From assembly GCA_964106645.2 (NCBI GenBank), contig OZ067045.1: a stretch of 64,000 bases of DNA; one strand, 5' to 3'. Shown here in pieces: positions 24,801 to 37,587 of this stretch (its first letter is position 1; each line of letters starts with the position of its first letter). The position numbers and the translations under genes were made by a program. Origin of the DNA: Podarcis pityusensis. Its lineage: Eukaryota. Under the pieces are notes generated by a model that was not told where the DNA came from, made no database searches, and worked only from the letters and a program-made list of their open reading frames with translations.

Positions 24801-27197
24801 CTTATGTATATGTTACAAGAGACTTTCAAAGCAGCTTACAGAAGTTTCCCAGAATAAATCATATTCAGGTTTAATATCAGGAGCAAAAATTACATGGTGT
24901 CCCTCTGGTGCTAAGTGTTCTGCCTGCCTCCTCCTCTCTGCTGCACTTTTGCTCCTTATCTATTGTGCAACAGCCCTGAGGCACACAAGGGAGCAGGGCT
25001 GTGTAGCTGGATCTCACTCAGGCCATGAAGGAGGCAGGTCTTCTTATAGCTTCTTAAGTGCCTCTAGGTTGGAGTTCATTTATCTCCACCCTACCTCCCT
25101 GTGTCTCATTTCTGAGCCTTCTACCATATAAAGAGGCTGGGGACAGAGGAGATGTAAGCACTGATACCTTCATGTTGAAAGATTTGAAATGGAAGCAGAA
25201 CATGAAAGGAGAGATCTGTTGGAGCTGGGATGCACATTTCAGGGTCACACGCAGTTGAACATCTGTATTATTGCATATAGCAGGAGGCAAAGGTGCTACA
25301 GTGGAATATTGCTACCAATGCCTTTTTGAAATGCCATCTGCTATGCTTTCAAGTTCCTATAGAGCCCTCAGATAGATCACAGTGTTTCAGTTCTTACTGA
25401 CAGGAAAGAGAAAGTGTCAAAAGCAGGCAGGTAAGAAGCTTGCTGTTTGCCTTTTAAATTGTCAGCTGCCATAGATAACCATATGCCTTCCTCCCAAATG
25501 AGCCTACTCACTAAAAATAGCATTTCTTTTCCTATGTATTTTTTATTATGTAGTTATATCCCATCCTTCCTGAAATGAGCTTAGAGTGGCCTACACAGTT
25601 CTCTACTCCCTCCTCCCTGCCCTTACAACAACCCTATCAGGTTGGTTAAGCTGAGAGATAACGATTGGCCCAAGGTCACTTAGTGAGCTTCATAGCTTAA
25701 GGGGGTTGTGAACTCAGGACTTCCCAGTCCTGCTCTGAATTCACTTTCAACCATGCCAACTTCAACTGGATTCTTCTCCAGGGCTCCATTTACCGGTAGT
25801 TGTCTTTAAAGGGGCCTCCCCACACTGTAATTTGCAAGTGTGCTTTGGAATCTGTGCTTCCAGAAATATAATATTTAAGATTATGCAGTGAATAATAAGC
25901 AATTTTTTACATAGTGTAAAGTATTTCCAGTCTGTGTTTGATAATTTGTAGGGGGGGAAATATGAAGACAGGACAGTAGATTCTTATATATTGGCCATTG
26001 AGATGAAATTGGTTACATTATCTGTACAAGGGCAGCAAATAACTCATGGAAGCCAGTTTTTCGTAGCAGATTACTGTACAGATACTTCCAGGCGGAATAT
26101 TTCTCAGGAGTTTGGCATGCTGATTCAGTGCACCAATAGTAATGATGATGAGTGAGCTTCCCCAGCTTGCCTTGGATTGCTCTCCCCCCCCCCCAGCTTT
26201 CTAGGAGAAAGCTTAAAAAAACCAGAGATCACTCCGTTTCAAGCCTGCCCGCTCCCTGTTCCAACAAGCATCTTTTTGAACAACCTTGAGGATGTACTTA
26301 GTTCCTGCTTGGGTGCAGTGAACTTGTTTTCTAGGCTTTTTGGTTTATTCATTGAATTGGGAGGCCTAGAAAACTGTAACTCCTATGAATTGTGGCAGGA
26401 AATTACAGTCCAGCTAAGGAGAGGTCCACAAGACCTTTCCAGTAAGCCTTCCTTGCCATTAAGAGCTCAGTTAAGAGCCCATGATCCCTTTCAAGTAAGA
26501 TGCTCCTACATTCAGATAGAAACTTGCAAGGGTGGTGCATTGTCTGCTGCATCTTCAAACAACCAGGTTCTGTTCTGATCCAAATAAACAGTCCTGGCCA
26601 TTAGCAGATAGCAAGGTGGGACTGGGCGGGTCATCTGACCTCCCTCCAATGAAGTTGCCACTGCATACCAGGATGAAGAGGGAGATGGGAGCAGTGACGA
26701 CAAGGTCAGCGTGATGCTAATGTGCTGGTAGAACCGTTCTGACACTCCTACTAGCACATTTGCACAGCACCAACCTTGTGGTCTCCCCTCTCTATCTCAG
26801 TATGCAGCAGCGACTCAGCTGGAGTGAGAGATGCAGCCACACCGTGTCATCTGCTAATTGGAAAGGGGGGCTCAAGGCACCCGTTACACATCACACAAAA
26901 AAGGGAGTGATAACTGGGTAATGGAAGGCTGACAATTCTCTTGTTATTGGAATACAGACAAACAAAAATCCATGTAAATGAGAATATCAGATCTTGAGAC
27001 TGCTTCTCTACTAATTTTCACTTTGAGTTTCATATTGATATATTTTTGAAGGGAAATAATTGGCAGCCATTCTCAGTTCAGTGATAGTCAGGACTGAAAC
27101 TCAAGCAGAATTGTGAATTCCTGGAGACTTTTTTCTCACTGTTTAAACCAAGTTTGTTGTTGTTCTTATTCCAGAGGTTCTGACAGATTAATCAAAG

Positions 27198-27317
27198 ATG
27201 CTAACAGACCGAGTCCAGAAATCCTTGGGTCCCCACAAGTTCTCAGAAGAATTTCAAAGCAAGGTGGTGGTACCTCACATCCCAAAACTGGTCAAAGAAG
27301 AAAAGAAGCATGCCCCA
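27198..27317 (+). CDS. HYDIN: HYDIN first coding exon (exon starts at 27175)
   Basis: ttccag acceptor at 27174; in-frame TAA at 27189; MLTDRVQKSLGPHKFSEEFQSKVVVPHIPKLVKEEKKHAP (cf. human FQSKVLPPLSPKVV); donor gtatgt, phase 0. Confidence 0.88.
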
Positions 27318-28981
27318 GTATGTTTGCTTGCGCTCAGCTGATCTAATACCTGGCCAAGTCATTGAATCTGCCTTTGTGATAATGACTCCTGAACACCTTT
27401 TATTTTGTCATGCCTTAGAGCTTATCCACATTTACCTTTCCTCCATGCTTTCCAGGCATGGTGAACACTTTAAAGCACCGTGTTCAGACACCCCCCTTTT
27501 TCTCTCTGGAGCTTTCCCCTCAAAAAACTGCTCTTTAAACCTGAATTGGAGCAAATGGCAATCCGTGGAAAATCCACATTGCCATTTGTTGTGCTTCGGC
27601 TTTTAAGACTGGGCTCTTGCACAGAAAGCTCAGGGGGTGGGGAAGTCCTTGAACATTGAGCTTTAAAGTGCGCAACATGCTCGGAAAAAGCAGGACAAAA
27701 AGTAAGTCTGAATAAACCCTTAATGTGAGACAGTAAGCAAAAGACAGTGCATTTTAAATACAATGTCCATTTTAGATCAGGATGGACAGAAAGTAGATGA
27801 GCATCTTCTGGGTGAGTTTGCAGTAGACTGGCAAGGAGGGCTTCTAACTTCCAGCTGTTTAGTGCTAGGAGAGAAAAAAATGTCTCTTCCTGCCCTGCCC
27901 CCCAAATTAGACTGATTGCAGAAATAGTCTGAGGTGACCAGGAGTGCATTTCTGTGCATAACAACTGTGGGCTCAGTTTACTTCTAGTGTTCAAAATTAA
28001 TTCCTGGGCTCAAAATTGTTTCTTTCTAAGACTATGACGTTTGCACCAGGCTGGTAGATCTCAGGGTTCTAGTAGAATAAGAACAGCAGATCCTGCAATC
28101 TGGACATCTGTCCACTCCTGTTTTTGGTGATGTTTAGGCTTTATGTTCTAAAAACAGAAAAACCTGTCACTGATTAAAATACCCCTTAGTGTGTACTGAA
28201 GACCAGAAGGAGACTCATTGAGGCGGAGAGAGACAATGATTCACCAGTATATGATGGATTGTGTGTGTGTGTTGTTAAGTCTATAAGTTTGAGGAAGAGA
28301 GCTTCCGCTGGTTCCCTTTGCTTGTTCTTTTGCTCCCTACATAGGAGCAAGAAGACAAGGTTATCAACACTTGTCAAAACCACTTGTAGTAAAGAGGCAT
28401 GGCAGAAGTCAATAGGAAGGGAGTTCCGCAGTTTTGGGGTAATCACTGAGACAAAGATGCACACAGTTTGATAAATTATTATTATATAATTGCTGTCCCA
28501 CTTTCCTTATTAGTTTGTGAGACACAAAGTGGAAAACGAGCTTATGCTTTTCAAATATTCCCACCCTGTCTCTGGCTGCAACTCTTAGCCAGTTTATTTG
28601 TCATTCTGTACATGAGCCTAAGTCTTTTATTGTGCCCCTCGCCCTTTAAGCATCTAGAGAAATTAGCTCTACCAAAATCCCACAATCTCTCTCTAAAATA
28701 GCAATGGAATTTAATTACTTTGTGCCTTAACTGCTGACTTTGTTCAGCACAAGAGAGAAACCATGCAGACATCTGAAAATCTTGCAAGCAGGTGCCATTT
28801 CCAGCAAGAGTTCCTTTAAGATAGGTTGAATGGAAGTCCTGCATCCTGAATTTTAAATGTTTCAGCAGGAAAATTAATGGAGGTCTAGGATTCAGCAGTG
28901 AACACATATTAATCAGAAGTGCTTAACAAGTAAAGCCTTTCTTAACTCAGGCATTTATGTGGTCTTTGTTTTCAACTGCAG

Positions 28982-29107
28982 TTGACTCCATCTGCCTTCC
29001 TGAAAGCAATGACTCTGACGACGGAGCAGATGCTGGCAAACACCCATGAGGTGCGCCGGCCTCGAATTGTGCAGCTTCTGGACATGAGCGAAACCTCACA
29101 CCAGAAG
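28982..29107 (+). CDS. HYDIN: HYDIN coding exon 2
   Basis: LTPSAFLKAMTLTTEQMLANTHEVRRPRIVQLLDMSETSHQK; AG/GT bounded, phase 0-0. Confidence 0.95.
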
Positions 29108-29838
29108 GTATCTCTTCCACATTCATCCCTATTTATTTGTGACATAACACATTAACATAATTATATACTTGCTGGCTGATGGGAGTTGCAGGCCCAAACA
29201 TCTGGGGGCACCAAGTTGAGGAATGCTGATCTAGTTGTTCAGCCTGTAGATTTGCAGTCCCAAGAGGGTTCTAGTGCCATCATCCAAAAATGTCTGACCA
29301 AAGTTTGCTATGGATGTCCAGTGCCTTTGTTATCTATTTTTAACGCTATATGTTAAAAACTGGTAGTCCACACATTCTTGTACGTTTGATTTAATCTCAG
29401 TTGCGCTTGCTCCTTCCAAATAATTGCCACAACCTTCCTATTCGCTACCATCAACAAGACTGGTAGTTCTTTTTTCTCATGTCTCTGACATGATGCTGAA
29501 AGAGACCCATGGAATGCCTTTATGTGCTTTCATTAAGAGAGGCAGCCACAACAAACTATGCTTGTTGTGGCCTAGGATAAATATTATGGGCTAGTTTCTT
29601 AAATTACTGTCCAATGTATATCTCCAATTACTGTTTATTTAAGGTAATTATTATCATTTACTCCCATAAGTCCTAGAGCTGAATCATGAAAGTGTGCAAT
29701 CCTATGCACACTTTCCTCTGAAGGCAGCCCTGTTTAGGGAAGTTTTTAATGTTTGAAGTTTTATTCTGTTTTTGGTGTTCTGTTGGGAGCTGCCCAGAGC
29801 TGCTGGGGAAACCCAGCCAGCTGGGCAGGGTATAAATA

Positions 29839-29886
<48 letters not shown>

Positions 29887-30276
29887 TATTATTATAGTAT
29901 TGAACACAGGGTGACTTGGTGCTGAGTGAACATGTGTGGGCTTTGGTTCTGAAGTTGGTAATTTGCCAGCAGCAGCAGACTGATTATATGTTGCCTGGTT
30001 AAACAGCCTGGAAGAGACGAACCTATGAAGGCTAAGCAGGAGATAGTGGTACACAACGGCACTGAGGCATAACCAGAGAAAACAGGACTAACCAACCCAT
30101 GTAATAGGTCTGTTGGAATACTACTAGAATGGCATGCTACACTTTCCTGAATGCCTGAAGTTGTACCTTTCCTTTGGAGCAGGATGGCTCCACTCTGAGT
30201 GGCACTGGCCTGTCCTGCTTCCCAGTCCTGCAACTGCCAGGCAGCATTTACATGCATCCCTTTGTGTCTTCTTCAG

Positions 30277-30396
30277 TTCTCTTCTGTTGATCTGGACCAG
30301 TCTCTGTTTCAACCATTCCCGTCAGAAGTGATTTTCCAGAATTATGCCCCTTGTGAGATGTATGAAGTGCCACTAATTCTGAGGAACAATGACAAG
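30277..30396 (+). CDS. HYDIN: HYDIN coding exon 3
   Basis: FSSVDLDQSLFQPFPSEVIFQNYAPCEMYEVPLILRNNDK; AG/GT, phase 0-0. Confidence 0.97.
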
Positions 30397-33334
30397 GTAT
30401 GACATGTCAGTGAAACTGTAAAGTAGTTTTGAGGTGGGATGCAGTGAGAGAAAGCACGATGGCTGGAGCATTCTTTCTCTTCTTCCCAGTGAAATAACTC
30501 TCCTGGCAAACGTTTCAGTGCCTATGTCCCATTTTAACTTCCTCTTTAGCCATTGTTGTTTGCTATCTAGTTGATCTAAGGACTGAGAGGATGGCCTGGT
30601 GAGGCTTTACTGAGGTTTCAATAAAAGTGGTGGCCATTTTGATACCAAAAAAGGTTGCAATGTCATTTATTGTTTCCTATGCCCCTACCATGGTTACTCC
30701 AGGCTTACTGCAACTGGGCTCACAATTCACATATCTGTGATCTATGGGTCTTAACAAGAACCAAAGTAAACAAACTGTCGGTGGAAATGATATATTTATC
30801 TACAGAGCTGCTTTTTCTTTAAATGCAAAGGATTTAAAGGCAGGATACACCTGTATTTTTGATTGCACGTTTTATTAAATGTTGTGAAGTTAAATGATGT
30901 AAGTCCTTTCCAAAAGGGCAACCAGATTCCTTAGTGAAGATTTGTTTTTTTGTGCTCCCTCCGAATGTCATAATCTTTTCAGATCTCATTCTCACAAATA
31001 TATACTGTACAAGGCTTGCTTGATCTTTCTTATTGATTATGACCATTCTGAGATGGCATAGTCATGAAACTGAAGTCTGCTCAGTGCCTGGGATTCCTAG
31101 GAATGCTGCTGTGAGTTCCACCACAGAAGGAAGGAGCTTGTTGAACACTGAAAGTAGAGTAGCCCACAGCTTCTCAACTGGCCATTTTTTCCCTTCATGG
31201 CTCAAAGGCTCCTTCATGGCTCCTTCAGGACTGTGATTTCACCAAAAGTCCTGTGCTGCTGCCTGCAGCCTGTGTACTCTTTGCTTAACTGAGCAATCAT
31301 GATCAGATTACATGCACACTGCATCCCTTATGCTTTGTCCATCAAGTAATAGATTGCCTCCAACTGTCAGAAATGGCTTCCCTGCCCCTCAGCTGCCAGC
31401 ATCCATTTAGCTAGTTTCCTTCCAGCACTTGGCTTTAAGCTGCTGTTGAAAGGAACAGCTGGCCCTTTAGTGGTTGTTTGTGCAGAGTTTGCCCCAAATT
31501 AGCAAAAGTATGACTTACATATTTGTTCTAGTGTTCAATCAGTGTTAAATTTGCTGTCATTTCTAACTTTGCTAAGGAAAGGAATAATGTGTTGAATAAT
31601 TTGGCATTTAATTATAATGTCATGTAGCATGTTTATGGACTGGTTGAAAAACACATCCACCCATTCTGAAATAAACGCTTTGCCTCTGTTCTGAAATTGT
31701 TCCCAAATGTGAGCTGGTGGGGCATTTCACCTAGTCCTGGGAGGGCACTTCAGTGTCAGTCTTTGCTTTCCTGGAAGCTGCTTTCTTGAAGTAAGGTTTT
31801 CAAGCTGTGCTGTGTCAATGAAAGGAGGAAAAACCTGATAGGCCAAAAACATTTACATCTCATTTAGAATATGGGGTTGTATCAGTTGTTGTCTTGTCGG
31901 TGGCTGCTGACTGTCTTTCCCCCTTAGTGCCACCATAATTATGCTTTTCTTTTTCCAATCCTGCATGGAGAATGTGGGACACCACCACGCTGAGAGCTTC
32001 CTCCTGCCATTGGTCCATGTCATGGGCAGGACCCAATGAATTCCCCATTTTCTTTGGGCTGAGAATGGAGCCAGTTTTGATTAAACAAATGCTGCTTAGA
32101 GGAGCATTACACTGCACAGATAACGCATATCCACACTGTACGCCTTCTTCGGTTGCCTGTCTCTCTACCCCCAAACTTCTAAATTTGGCAACTTGTGGAA
32201 TTCCATGTGGGGCAGTGTAGTGCTTGTTCATGATTGGCTTTGACAGTTTACCAGCTCCACCCCACCTGACCCTGACTTTGCTGCATCTCTCTTGGCCCAC
32301 AAAAATAGTTTACAGGAAACTGGAAAGGTCTGGGGGGTGGGGTGGGGGAACACTTGCTAAAAGAGGAATCCAGTGGGAATTGTCACCAGGAAAGTTACAT
32401 TGATGGAGATGAAGCAGAAAACATACTAAAGGAGAATATTGAAGGTCTGAATGTTTTCCTTGATACTTTGCAATAAATGCGCTAGGAATGAACAGAAGGG
32501 CAGCATGAACAAACAAGGAAGTGTAAAAGTAATCAAAGCCCTACAGTTTTGTGATTAAATACTGCACGAAGATGGTGAAAAGTTTAGAAATGCAGCAGCA
32601 TAATAGCAATGCAAACATGTGCAGCCCCAAATATAAGGAAATATGATTTGGAGACAAATGAATACTTTACTGGGAGAATAGCTAATAGGGAGATCACTGA
32701 TGCAGAAGCCCAAAGTGGATGCAATGTGGTTTTGCTAATACATCTTGGGTAATTTTATTATGACAGGGTTTTTATCTGCAGCCTCAACTAAAGAGCACAG
32801 TGTCTATGTCCAGAGGGCACAACACTGAATGTTAGTAATAGAAGAATATTGGAAATAAGACTAAGAGAGATGATGTTTTTTCACAATACCAAAGAGCCTA
32901 GGGGAGATAATTTTGCAAGTTTCTTTCATCCACACCTCAGTTCAGGTGATATATTTGGGTGTGAATTTATTTAGCCCTATTGGTTTCAGTAGGATGAAAT
33001 CATTCTAAAGCCGAGTTGTGGTGAATCAGGCTGCAGTGTAATTAAATCTTATTAATGCTTGCAAACAGACAAGTGTTAAAAATAAATACACACACTTCCC
33101 GCCGCTACATATAAGGTTGAATACAAATGGCGGTCCTTCCTTTCCCATCTGGCTCTGGTGTTTTTCCTGGCTTTTGGGAGACTGCTGCTGCTGGTATTTG
33201 GGTTAGGATTAGAGATATCTGAGCCTTTTACCGTGATGTTTGTGCATATACTAGTCATTGTCCTCCTTACTGCTCCATTGCAGCAGGCCTTTGACAAGGG
33301 TGGTGCTGTGAGCTCCTCTTGATTGCATGGTTGT

Positions 33335-33780
33335 GAACTGTGTGTGGAAGGGACCCAAAGGGTCATCTGGCCCAACTCCTGTAGTGCAGGAATCACGGTA
33401 AAGAATCCCTGACAGATGGCTATCCAACCTCTGCTCTTACTGTCAGAAATTTCTTCCAGCTGTTTCGTCAGAATCTCCTTTATTGTAACTCAAATCCATT
33501 GGTTCGAGTCCTACCCTCCTGAGCAGGAGAAAACAAGCTTGCTCCATGTTCCATGTGGCAGCCATTTAGGTATATGAAGATGGCTATTATATCACCTCTC
33601 AGTGTTCTCCACACTAAACATACCAAACTCTCTTAATTGTTCCTCATAAGGCTTGGTTTCAAGACTCTTTATCATCTTGGTCACCCTCCTCTGCACACGT
33701 TCCAGTTTATCAATATATTTCTAAAACTGTGGTGCCCACAAGTGGACACAGCACTCCAAGGCAGACTAGAGCAGTACTAA
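33335..33780 (-). mobile_element. CR1 LINE 3' fragment
   Basis: ggaagggacccaaagggtcatct..., ctaaacatacc..., tggtgccca...ggacacagcactcc: typical reverse CR1 3' end. Confidence 0.8.
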
Positions 33781-33847
33781 TACTTCCCTTACTGATGTCA
33801 TTGTGGTTTTGCTGCCATTGCTGCACATTTGTTGGTACCATGTATGC

Positions 33848-34441
33848 TGTCAGAGACTGGCTGGATAAGGAAGATTGGTGGGAGTCACCTGTCCAATAGC
33901 TCCCCCCCCCCCGGGAGGGCACAGAAAATGACAACTTAGATACTGGATCCTGGTGGTGGGACACTAAAGAGCAGTCTACAGAAGGGACAAGCTGGGAGGT
34001 GCTAGAAGCAAGGGGGTTGAGTGATCAAGAGGGGTCAGGAGAAGGAGGGCCTTCCAGGACAGGGTTAGAGGCTGAGAGTCACAGTGTGAGCACAGATTCA
34101 GACCGAGGGGACAGTCTCAGCCCTGCTGGCTTGCCTCCTGCTCTGACACCCTGCTCAAGGAGAGTCATGCAAGTTGCTGAGCAACAGGCCAGACAGGCCC
34201 AGAGGAGGAGCTTGCCCCCTTGCTGCAGCCTTTGCCTGCTTGGGAGGAATCTAGAATGAAAGGCTAGAGGGGGAATGGCGGAGCTAGTGGTCAGTTTCAG
34301 CAACGTCTTAGCTGGATTAAGGCAAACCAGAGGACTCTGCTGTGTTGTTATTTTCTGTTAAGAAAAAGTTAATTGCCTTCTGTGCCTTCCATGTGTGTGC
34401 CTGTCCTGTGGTTGACCTGGATCATTGACAGCTCCTTGACA
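33848..34441. mobile_element. Solo LTR (Gypsy-like), 594 bp
   Basis: TGTCA...TGACA termini with an exact 5-bp TSD TATGC (33843-33847, 34442-34446). Confidence 0.8.
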
Positions 34442-34750
34442 TATGCATGGATAAGGGTGGGCTGTCTTGGTGCACAACATCTTGTTTGGTGAGGAGCAGC
34501 AGAGTTACCAGGGATGTTCTCAAGGCTGCAGCTTAGCACTTATTTCTCCAGTAATTCTTGTGCTGCCTCACTTGTGCTTACTGCTGTAAGTGCATAGGAT
34601 TACTTTACCACCACTATACTGATGTAGCTGGACCAGAGGATCAGCCCGTCTAGGCTGCTAGAATACAGAATATATTTCTCACGGCAAGGCTGGTTAATTT
34701 CATTCAGCTGTTTGAATCATGGCAAAATATTTTTTCTGCATTTCTTATAG

Positions 34751-34885
34751 ATCCCTCGGCTGGTGAAAGTTGTTCTGGAGAGTTCACCTTACTTCAGAGT
34801 CATAAGCCCCAATGATGTGTGTAACAAAGTTGCGCCTGGCATGCATTCGACATTCCGCATCCTCTTCACTCCTGAAGAGAACAAG
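34751..34885 (+). CDS. HYDIN: HYDIN coding exon 4
   Basis: IPRLVKVVLESSPYFRVISPNDVCNKVAPGMHSTFRILFTPEENK; AG/GT, phase 0-0. Confidence 0.97.
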
Positions 34886-36048
34886 GTAAGACCATCGCCT
34901 CTCCTGCTGGGAAATCTGTGTTTCTGTTTAAGGCTGCATGGCAAAGAAAGATGCAGAGACTGGGAGCCAAAGAGCCTAAGCCTGAGACTAGCAGGCCTTT
35001 GCACATAGCCCTGCAGTTCAGGCTCACCCTTTGTGGAATTTCTCATTTCCTCCTATTGTCAGCGTCACCCTCCTTGAACACACAGTTGGCAGAAGGACTT
35101 CTCAAACAAAAGGAATAAATCAGAGAAAGAGAAGTTGGTAGTTGGGCATGTGCACTCGGGATGTTTGAAGAGGAACACAATGTATAGGAGCTGATATGCT
35201 AATGCTGCATTCTGCCATCCATTTGCTCATTCTATCTCTGGCTCTCTTAATGAGCTAGTATGGGCAAGGACCAAGGACACAGGTGGCTGGCCTCAGATAC
35301 CCATGAATCTTGTCTAACTTGAACAAATGGAAACATTAAAGAGATGAATAAAAAATTCATTTATTGAGGCCCAAGGATATGGACAAGGCTGCCTTGATCC
35401 TTTGCCTTTTATCATCTTGCACAAGGATCAGGAACCTGTCTCAGCCTGAGGGATACATCTGGGTAACTATTCAGGGACCATGTGCCAGTGGTGGGTGGAG
35501 CCTGAGGCAAGCGTGGGTAGGGCAATGAATATAACTTTTATGTTTGTACAGTGGGTTAGTTTCTACACATATTCACATGGATCCGTTCACACGTAACAGG
35601 AAGCCAAACTATGGCTTAGCACAGTTCATGGGCTCCCAGAGAGCAGCTTGCAACTGCTTTGCTTCACTATTTCTCCTGCTGTGCACTAAGACATGGTTTG
35701 GCTTAGTCTGTTGTCTGAACTCAGGTTCATGGTTTGTCTCCTCCAGAGAAATCAAAACTGTAAGCCAATAACAATACTTGTTTGCAGCTCCTGGTTTGTC
35801 CAGAGAGACAAATCAGCTCCTTTTGTAAAATGGCTCCTGTAGAGTCATTGCAGGTGTTTGCAGCGAGACCCTAATCGGAGGTTGAAGTGAGTTCAGGTGT
35901 CATTTTTCTAGGGCGATTGCGTGTTTCAGTAGATCCTACAATACTATGCTGTTCACCTTGAAGATCTTTTCTGGCATCTGCTGTGGTGGAGGGATGCTGA
36001 GCCCCCAGAAGCAAGGCTTCTCACTTGCATATTATTCTTTCTCTCCAG

Positions 36049-36248
36049 GATTATTTCCATGAAGTAACCTGCATTACTGAAAGGGAAAAGTTTATTGTCC
36101 CTATTCGAGCCATTGGTGCCAGAGGCATTTTGGATTTCCCAGACAAGCTGAATTTCTCCACCTGCCCAGTCAAGTACAACACACAGAAAACACTGCTTGT
36201 TCGTAACATTGGCAACCGAGAGGCCCGCTATCAAATCACTACACAGAG
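36049..36248 (+). CDS. HYDIN: HYDIN coding exon 5
   Basis: DYFHEVTCITEREKFIVPIRAIGARGILDFPDKLNFSTCPVKYNTQKTLLVRNIGN...; phase 0-2. Confidence 0.97.
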
Positions 36249-36374
36249 GTAAAACCTTGAGATTTCTGTCTGGGTTAGAAGGTTTCAGATTATGGAATGT
36301 GACATCAGTAATAGTCAGAGCATGAGACAATGACTCCCCCCCCCCCCCATTTAAATAAACCTTTATTGTATGTA

Positions 36375-36616
36375 CAGTGGTACCTCGGGTTACAGATGCT
36401 TCAGGTTGCAGATGCTTCAGGTTACAGACTCCGCTAACCCAGAAATAGTACCTCGGGTTAAGAACTTTGCTTCAGGATGAGATCAGAAATTGCGCAGCAG
36501 CGGCACGGCAGCAGCGGGAGGCCCCATTAGCTAAAGTGGTGCTTCAGGTTAAGAACAGTTTCAGGTTAAGAACGAACCTCCAGAACGAATTACGTTCTTA
36601 ACCCGAGGTACCACTG
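36375..36616 (+). mobile_element. Tigger/pogo-like MITE
   Basis: TIR CAGTGGTACCTCGGGTTA, TA TSD. Confidence 0.92.
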
Positions 36617-37462
36617 TATTTTCATTTTTCTGTATAATAAAGGAGACAATGACTTCAGTCAAACATGTTTAAAGTTACTGAGCAGGTTGTCATAGGCTAC
36701 AGGAAATATTTCTTGTGCTTTAACCTAGGGGAATTTGGGCCAGCCACACCTTTGAAATAGACCACTGACATGGTTTGGGTCTAACACAGCTCTGCGTAAG
36801 TGAGAGCTAAGAAGGCTGGAGTGCTGGTTCTGTGGGTGTGGCTTAGACTTAAGATATCATTGGCTACCGATGGCTTTAACTGCTCCCTAGCTTTCACTTT
36901 GTCTTATCTAGGTGAGCTCTGCATTGAAAAGAGCTCCCTGCTTATGCCCTTGTACTCCACATGAGTGGGTCTGGAATATCCAGTCTCGGTTTTGTACCTG
37001 CAGCCTAAGGACATAAGAAGATGACCCTGGCTGCTAGTTAAGATCAAAGACTCACCTCTTCAGGCATCTTGTTCTCACAGTGGCCAAAAACATGCATCTG
37101 AGAAGCCCTCAAGCAGTACCTGAGGGCAACTGCAGCAGTTGGTCCACTTGAATCCAGAGGCTGTCTCTGATATGAAGATAGTTGAGAATGGTCAGTGCTG
37201 CTCATTGACATGCCTTGAAAGAGAGTGATAAATACACCTTTTAGATCTCTTTAGCCCTCTGGCTGGGAGTACAAAAGCCCAGTTGAAAAGTGTTACAAGA
37301 TCACTAAACCATGTTAACCAGGCTTGAATAGGTGGCCCTAGTAAAAAAAAATATGAGCTTGATCCTGACCTGACCAAGGTAATTGCAATTAGTTCCCATT
37401 GAAATCTATGGGCTTCAGATTAATTTGTCCCATTGATTCCAGATTTCTCCTTTGCATTTCAG

Positions 37463-37587
37463 ACCATTCTCTATCGAGCCCTCCATTGGGACCCTTGGAA
37501 TCCAAGAAACCACACAATTCACCATTGATTTCCATCCTCAAAAGAGTGGCAACCACTGTGAGGACCTTGTAGTGCATTATGACACAG
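37463..37587 (+). CDS. HYDIN: HYDIN coding exon 6
   Basis: (R)PFSIEPSIGTLGIQETTQFTIDFHPQKSGNHCEDLVVHYDT(G); phase 2-1. Confidence 0.95.

Noticed and set aside
27470-27994. 174-aa minus-strand ORF (likewise 49993-50517 and 13643-14083)
   Set aside because: No domain-like content; lengths are compatible with chance in 64 kb, and some use non-ATG starts.
29108-29115. Donor gtatctct as a U12-type intron
   Set aside because: Deviates from GTATCCTT, and no TCCTTAAC branch site was seen near the next acceptor.
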